Positions 56,869 to 64,000 of a DNA stretch of 64,000 nucleotides are shown in pieces; positions within the stretch are counted from its first letter, which is position 1; every line of letters starts with the position of its first letter. The notes beneath the pieces are model-generated. The model searched no databases. It saw only the letters and a list, made by a program, of their open reading frames with translations, and was not told the origin of the DNA. A program made the position numbers and the translations under genes. Origin of the DNA: Octopus vulgaris (Eukaryota); the NCBI GenBank assembly GCA_951406725.2, contig OX597840.1, positions 3,162,001 through 3,226,000 of the forward strand. The letters are read 5' to 3'.

Positions 56869-58152
56869 TCAGGTCATCACATAAGTTCTGTCCGAATTTT
56901 GAATAAAGAAAACAAGTGATCAAATGTTATATTTAATTGAAATTTAATCATCAATGTACTTTCCCTGATTATCTATGACTTCCTTCCATCTATTTACAAG
57001 CTTTTTAATCCCATCAATGTAAATCTCTTTTGGTCTCAAAGAGAAGAACTCTGAAATGTCAGGTTCGACCTCATCCTGGCTTGCGAAAGTTATGTCCCCC
57101 AAATGATTCTGTAAACTATGAAACAAATGGTAGTCTGAAGGAGCAAAGTCGGGAGAATAAGGTGGATGAGGATTTTTTCCCAACCAAGCTCTTCAATCTT
57201 CTGTGGTGTAATCTTTGTAGTGTGGGGTCGTGCATTGTCCTGATGAAGCATCACTCCTTTTCGATTCACGAAAGCTGGTATTTTTTTCTTCAAAGCTTGG
57301 TTCAAACGCTCTAATTGCATACAATAGACTTGAGCATTGATTGTTGCATTAGGTGGTAACAATTCAAAGTGAATTCCTCCGTTGCAATCCCACCAGATAG
57401 AGAAAATAAACTTTTTCCCATGAAGTTACCATCTCAGTTGTGGTTGAGCTCTTTCCCTTTTACCAATCCACTGTTTACGATGTTTATCATTTTCAATAGA
57501 AGATCCATTTTTCGTCACTAGTCACAACTCTATCCAACAAGGGTGAAATGAGTTCGCGAGAATGGAGAGAAGAGCAGATGTCAACTCAGGATTTGCGGTT
57601 GCTTTCGGACAGTTCATGGGGCACCTATTTTCCAAGTTTAGAAACTTTCCAAGTTATTGAAGATGACAATGAACAGTTGTATGGTTTGAACTAAGCTTTA
57701 TTGTCAATTCCTCAACTGATAATGCAGGATTTTCTTCAAGTAATGCCTCAAGGAGCTTATCATCAAACTTAACTGGACGAAAAGTTCGATCTTCATCTCC
57801 AAGGCTAAAATCTCCACTTCTGAATTTTGCAAACCATCTTTAGCAAGTTCCTTCATTCAAGCATTCTTTCCCATAAACTGAGTGTATGTCTCGTGTCGCT
57901 TCGGCTGCAGAGTTTCCTATTTTTTGTACTCATAGGGCATTATATGCCTCAAATGCTCTTTGGAAGTTTCCATGTTAGAAAGGGTTTTAATGAAAGAAAT
58001 GTTAATTCTATTTTTCTGTAAAATTTAATTAGTTTAAATGTACACAAACACATGAAAATATTTTATAATTCCATTAGACATTCTAAAATACTATTAAATT
58101 TCATTCAAGTTTAAAAAAGATAAAATCAGACAGAACTTATGGGATTACTTGA
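56869..58152 (-). mobile_element. Full-length (1284 bp) inactive mariner transposon
   Basis: TA TSD; TIRs TCAGGTCATCACATAAGTTCTGTCCGA / reverse complement TCAAGTAATCCCATAAGTTCTGTCTGA. Confidence 0.95.
56944..57973 (-). pseudogene. Mariner DD34D transposase pseudogene
   Basis: Motifs VTSDEKWIFY, HQDNARPH, HPPYSPDFAPSDYHLF, RWKEVIDNQGKYIDD*; multiple stops and frameshifts. Confidence 0.95.
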
Positions 58153-58203
58153 TATATATATATATATATATCAGCATTTTGGCTGAGATCAAGTTGCAGT
58201 ATG

Positions 58204-58271
<68 letters not shown>

Positions 58272-58293
58272 CATACATACATACATACATACA

Positions 58294-58329
<36 letters not shown>

Positions 58330-58629
58330 TACATATATATATACATATATATATATGCATATATATATATATAGGTTATGAGAAGTAATGGTGTCAATAA
58401 GACGGAAAGGTGTCAGGTAATGCTGAGTAAGTGCTATGGAGAGACCATAGTTTATTCCAGGTTCGGTGATTATGTGAATTAGGAGTCCAACGTAGGTCAT
58501 ATATCAGCATGTGTATATACAATATTTTTTTCAGAATGACATAAAAAACCAAGGCTGTGAGGATAAATGTACTAAAATCTTTACACCCTTGGTTTTTTTA
58601 TCTCATTCTGAAAAAAAAATATATATATT

Positions 58630-58693
<64 letters not shown>

Positions 58694-58932
58694 CATACAT
58701 ACATACATACATAACATACATACACACATCTGTGTGCTACGTTCGGTTATGTTGACACACTCTCCTACTATTACATCATCGTAGGCCCGTGAATGTGTAT
58801 TATGTAGTACTCCCACATATTAGACATCAATAGATATGATAGTATATACCAAAACGTCTTGTAGCGTACTTTGGCAGCAAGAACACATTCCGGATTCCGT
58901 ACATTACTGGAAACCATTCAAATTCACCCATG

Positions 58933-58992
<60 letters not shown>

Positions 58993-59009
58993 TTCTCTCT
59001 TGATATATA

Positions 59010-59418
59010 CTCTTTTACTCTTTACTCTTTTACTTGTTTCAGTCATTTGACTGCGGCCATGCTGGAGCACCGCCTTTAGTCGAGCAAATCGACCCCGGGA
59101 CTTATTCTTTGTAAGCCCAGTACTTATTCTATCGGTCTCTTTTGCCGAACCGCTAAGTAACGGGGACATAAATACACCAGCATCGGTTGTCAATCAATGC
59201 TAGGGGAACAAACACAAACACACAAACATACACGCATACATATATATATACATATATACGACAGGCTTCTTTCAGTTTCCGTCTACCAAATCCACTCACA
59301 AGGCATTGGTCGGCCCGGGGCTATAGCAGAAGACACCTGCCCAAGATGCCACGCAGTGGGACTGAACCCAGAACCATGTGGTTGGTTAGCAAGCTACTTA
59401 CCACACAGCCACTCCTAC
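59010..59418 (-). mobile_element. SINE-A, full length
   Basis: Reverse complement of SINE-A. Confidence 0.9.
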
Positions 59419-59451
59419 GTCTATATATATATATATATATTTATTTATTTT

Positions 59452-59682
59452 TTTAATATTCTCCCAAAGAGTCCGAGGAACTTGCACAATGTAGATGTAG
59501 CTGTTTTTAAATCAAAGCTGGACCTCTTCCTGTCGAGAGTCCCAGATGAACCTACCTCACGGCAAGAGGTGCAAATGAGGGTAGCTATATCAAACTCCAT
59601 TCTTTAGAGGAGGCTCTTAGTAATAACAGTGTAGCACAAAACGGCGGTGCATCAGCATGACCGCAGCTCCGAGCTTAAACTA
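59452..59682 (+). mobile_element. 3' end of a LINE (CR1/Jockey-group-like) sharing its tail with SINE-A
   Basis: FNILPKSPRNLHNVDVAVFKSKLDLFLSRVPDEP..RVAISNSIL ORF2 C-terminus; tail GGCGGTGCATCAGCATGACCGCAGCTCCGAGCTTAAAC. Confidence 0.75.
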
Positions 59683-59696
59683 TTATATATATATAT

Positions 59697-59755
<59 letters not shown>

Positions 59756-60629
59756 AAGAGAATGAGAGACAGACAGAGACAGAGAGAAACCCTATGCTCA
59801 GAACACGACTCGGTATAAGATTTTATGCGTGTGTTGTAAGCTTCTAACGTTGGTTGAAATGAAAAAAAAATATTTTAAAATATAAGAAGCAAAAATATGA
59901 ACGATACTGGTTTTGATTCTGAGGAAAGCTATCTGTAATTATAAACTCTGCTTCAAACTGAGCGACGTGAGCATATGGAAATGCTTGTTACATGAACACT
60001 GCTTACAGCTGTGAAGTAAATAGATATATATACATTGGCGTAGGAGTGACTGTGTGGTAAGTGGCTTCCTTACGAACCACATGGTTTCGGGTTTAGTCCC
60101 ACTGCGTGGCACCTTGGGCAACTGTTTTCTACTTGTTGTACACCCCAGTCTTCTTCAGTTGTCTTCTCTGGAATTGAACTCAGAACCTTTTAGGTGGTAG
60201 CACTTCATCAAGAAACGACTACAACCTCTAAGCTATGGCCGTAGGCAGTGACGTAGTGAATTTTTAAGGCTTATAAAACCTCCACTGATGTCATTATCTC
60301 GGCTCCGTACCGATTGGAAAATACAGTCCTATAATTCTGAGATGAAGAATTTATATTATTTATTTTATGAGACTGATGTCCTCATTTTCATGGTTGCTTT
60401 CACTACGTTCGCGCTCTTCTATGCTCCACTCTTCTTCAGGTGTCTTTTGATTCAGCATAGTGCTTTAGGTTCAGTCCCACGGAAGATGCCCAGAGAAGGC
60501 AGGAGCATACAACAGCCGAAATGTAGTAAAAATAACAGTTACGATGAGGACACCATTCCGACTAATATATACAGTGTGCAGAAGGGAATTTACTATAGTG
60601 AAATAATGGAGGGCAATTTCAGGTCTTCT

Positions 60630-60870
60630 TTTATCTTATATTTGTTTAGGTCATTGGATTACGCCGTGCAGGGGTGCTGATTTCATGTGTTTAGTGAAAC
60701 AAATCGACCCAATACTAATCTTTTAAAGACTATCACACCTTCTATTGGTCTCTTTTGCCGAACCCCTAAACCACTAATGTTAACGGGACGTGCAAAAGAA
60801 AATCAACACCAGTTCTGAGGGACAAACACAAACCACACAAATACACCAATACATATAATATATATATAGG

Positions 60871-60938
<68 letters not shown>

Positions 60939-61100
60939 CGACGGGCTTCCACATAGTTTCCATCTACAAAATTCACTCATAAATCATTTGGTGGCCCGGG
61001 GCTATCGTACAAGAGACTTGTCTGAGGTACTGCGATGGGGGACTGAACTCGAAAACAGATAGTGAAAAGCGAGCTTCTGCACCACACGGCCAAGCCTGCC
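60630..61100 (-). mobile_element. Diverged SINE-A with internal (GATA)n
   Basis: GGTCTCTTTTGCCGAAC, CGACGGGCTTC and GGGACTGAAC motifs. Confidence 0.7.
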
Positions 61101-61694
61101 AGGAGTCGCAGGAATATTCTGCCAAAATAGTGCAACGCATCTCAAAAGTATGGAATTTACCATTATAAAACACTGGAAATATTTCCAAATTAAGTCAATT
61201 ATTTGACCTGAATAAACACAGAAGACGCAAGATTTGCCGGATAATCGGATAATATTAAGTCGACGTGGGAGCCTCAGCGTGGTCAGAATGTCTGCTAGAA
61301 ATAACAACTGAAATCTCATTTGGCCATCTCAAGCAAAAGTACAATACAATGCGGCACTCATCTCATTGTGTGTGGCTAGATGTAGAATGAGTGAATCAAA
61401 GTGAGGATGGTCATATCTGGAATATCTTAAAGGAAAGTGCTACTAAAATTAGGCTTAATCTGCGATAATTATTCTGAAATCAGTTTGACAGTTCTGACGC
61501 AACATTACGCCCGTGGAATATCGCCAGAGCTGCACCAGCAGCAACGGCAGCAGCAACAATAGCAACAACAACAACAACAACAACAACAACAGCAGCAGCA
61601 GCAGCAGTAGTTGAAAGTGGACTGGCAGAAACAGTTAGATGTGGCGTAGTAAATGACTTCTTAAAATATTCAATCATCATCTTATTTCACCGCT

Positions 61695-61735
61695 TCATCA
61701 TCATCATCACCATCATCAACATCATCATCACCATC

Positions 61736-61790
<55 letters not shown>

Positions 61791-61820
61791 CCACCATCAT
61801 CACCATCATCATCACCATCG

Positions 61821-61859
<39 letters not shown>

Positions 61860-61896
61860 CCATCATCATCACCATCATCATCATCATCGTCATCAC

Positions 61897-61953
<57 letters not shown>

Positions 61954-62335
61954 AATCATCATCATCATCGTCGTCGTCATCGTCATCATCATCATCACCA
62001 TCCTCCTCGTTTTCCCACTCTTCTTCCTTTCTCCCTCCCCTCCTCCTCCTCCTCCTCCCTCATCATCATCATCATCAACCATTTTTGCTCTCCTTCTTCC
62101 TCGTCACTTTTATGAACGTTTCTTTTCCTTTTCTTCTTGATGATATTTTCTTCGACATCATCATCATCCTCATCATCATCATCTTTATCTTCGACCTGTC
62201 TCTCCTTTTACTACACCCCTTCCTCCTACTCCTCCTCCTTCTTGTTCTTCTTTATCCACGTTTTCTTCTACTACTACAACTACTACCACCACCACCACCA
62301 CCACCACCACTACCACCACCATTACTACCACCACC

Positions 62336-62394
<59 letters not shown>

Positions 62395-62629
62395 ATTACT
62401 ACTTCTTCCACTTCATCATCATCATTATCATCATCATCATCATCTTTTTCTGCTTCTTCTTCTTCAGTTTCTTCCTCTTCGTTTTCTTTTTCTTCTTTTA
62501 CTACTACTACTACTACTACCATTACTACTTCTTCCACTTCATCATCATCATTATCATCATCATCATCATCTTTTTCTGCTTCTTCTTCTTCAGTTTCTTC
62601 CTCTTCGTTTTCTTTTTCTTCTTTTACTA

Positions 62630-62670
<41 letters not shown>
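61695..62670. repeat. (CAT)n, (CAC/TAC)n arrays with a ~126-bp tandem duplication at ~62394-62645
   Basis: CATTACTACTTCTTCCACTTCATC..TTCAGTTTCTTCCTCTTCG occurs twice. Confidence 0.9.
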
Positions 62671-62675
<5 letters not shown>

Positions 62676-63124
62676 TTACTACCCCAATGTACTTGGTATT
62701 CATTTTATTCTTATTTTCTTCATTTATTTCTAATTCTTCGTTTTCTTCTACTTCTTTCTTCTTCTTCCTCTTCTTCTTCCCCTCCTCCACCGTCTTCCTC
62801 TTCACCGGGACCTCTGCGTCTTGAGGGTTCCAGTCCAAACCTCAACGGGTTCGAGTCCGACTTTCATCACAACGAAGTCGATAAGTAGATGTCCTACTAG
62901 CCAAGCAGAGAAGCAGCAGCAATCAGGTGTATACAACCAACACACCTACACACCGCCGCCACCTCACCCCGACACCACAACACCACCAATGCCACCCCCA
63001 CCTCCACCTCCACCTCCACCACCACCACCACCACCGCCACGTTATTATTGTTATATACACTTCTTAGCTTTGTGCCAATGTGCCAAGGTATGAAGAAATC
63101 AATATCTCGGTTCCAAATATTGCG

Positions 63125-63919
63125 TGTATGTATGTATGTATGTATGTATGTATGTATGTATGTATGTATGTATGTATGTATGTATGTGTATGTATGTATG
63201 TGTATGTATGTATGTGTATGTATGTATGTATGTTTGTATGTATGTATGTATGTATGTATGTATGTATGTATGTGTGTATGTATGTATGTATGTATGTATG
63301 TATGTATGTATGTATGTATTTATGTATGTATGAATGTGTATGTATGTATATATGTATGCATGCATACATGTATGTATGTATGTATGTATGTATGTATGTA
63401 TGTATGTGTATGTATGAATGTGTATGTATGTATGTGTATGTATGTATGTATGTATGTGTATGTATGAATGTGTATGTATGTATGTGTATGTATGTATGTT
63501 TGTATGTATGCATGTATGTATGTATGTATGTATGTATGTATGTATGTATGTATGTATTTATGTATGTATGAATGTGTATGTATGTATATATGTATGCATG
63601 CATACATGTATGTATGTATGTATGTATGTATGTAGGTTTGTATGTATGTATGCATGTATGTATGTATGTATGTATGTATGTATGTATTTATGTATGTATG
63701 AATGTGTATGTATGTATATATGTATGCATGCATACATGTATGTATGTATGTATGTAGGTTTGTATGTATGTATGCATGTATGTATGTATGTATGTATGTA
63801 TGTATGCATGTATGTATGTACGTATGTATGTATGTATATATATATATATATGCATACATACACGCAATTTGTATGTGAGTGGGTGTGTTAGTGTATGCAT
63901 GTATGTATATGTGTGCAAG

Positions 63920-63965
<46 letters not shown>
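63125..63965. repeat. (TATG)n array with higher-order repeats
   Basis: TTTATGTATGTATGAATGTG..ATATATGTATGCATGCATACATG recurs three times. Confidence 0.9.
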
Positions 63966-63972
<7 letters not shown>

Positions 63973-64000
63973 TAGTTATTTTTATATTTATAAACATACA

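Overview
Eukaryotic, AT-rich, extremely microsatellite-dense genomic DNA. The repeat content (several tRNA-derived SINE families, GATA/CATA/TA/CA/ATT/CAT arrays) strongly suggests an Octopus-type cephalopod genome, which is an inference. Almost all ORFs in the supplied track are microsatellite artefacts. One convincing host coding exon is present (31754-31939, +): a signal peptide followed by 'AQCRARC', like the N-terminus of anosmin-1/KAL-1. It lies downstream of a GC-rich promoter-like island (~29860-29945) and is followed by an intron that apparently runs beyond the window. The rest is mobile DNA: a full-length dead mariner, hAT/piggyBac/Tc1-type MITEs, palindromic elements, 3' fragments of Tx1/L1-like, RLE (R4/Dong-like) and CR1-group LINEs, Penelope-type hammerhead remnants, and four SINE families (working names SINE-A to D). 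The most notable pattern is an apparent retroposon partnership. A Tx1-like LINE sits only in (GATA)n tracts. A ~184-bp headless SINE-B derivative carries the same 3' tail and forms precise head-to-tail multimers, often inside copies of its own parent SINE at a fixed GGTATTTCG site.
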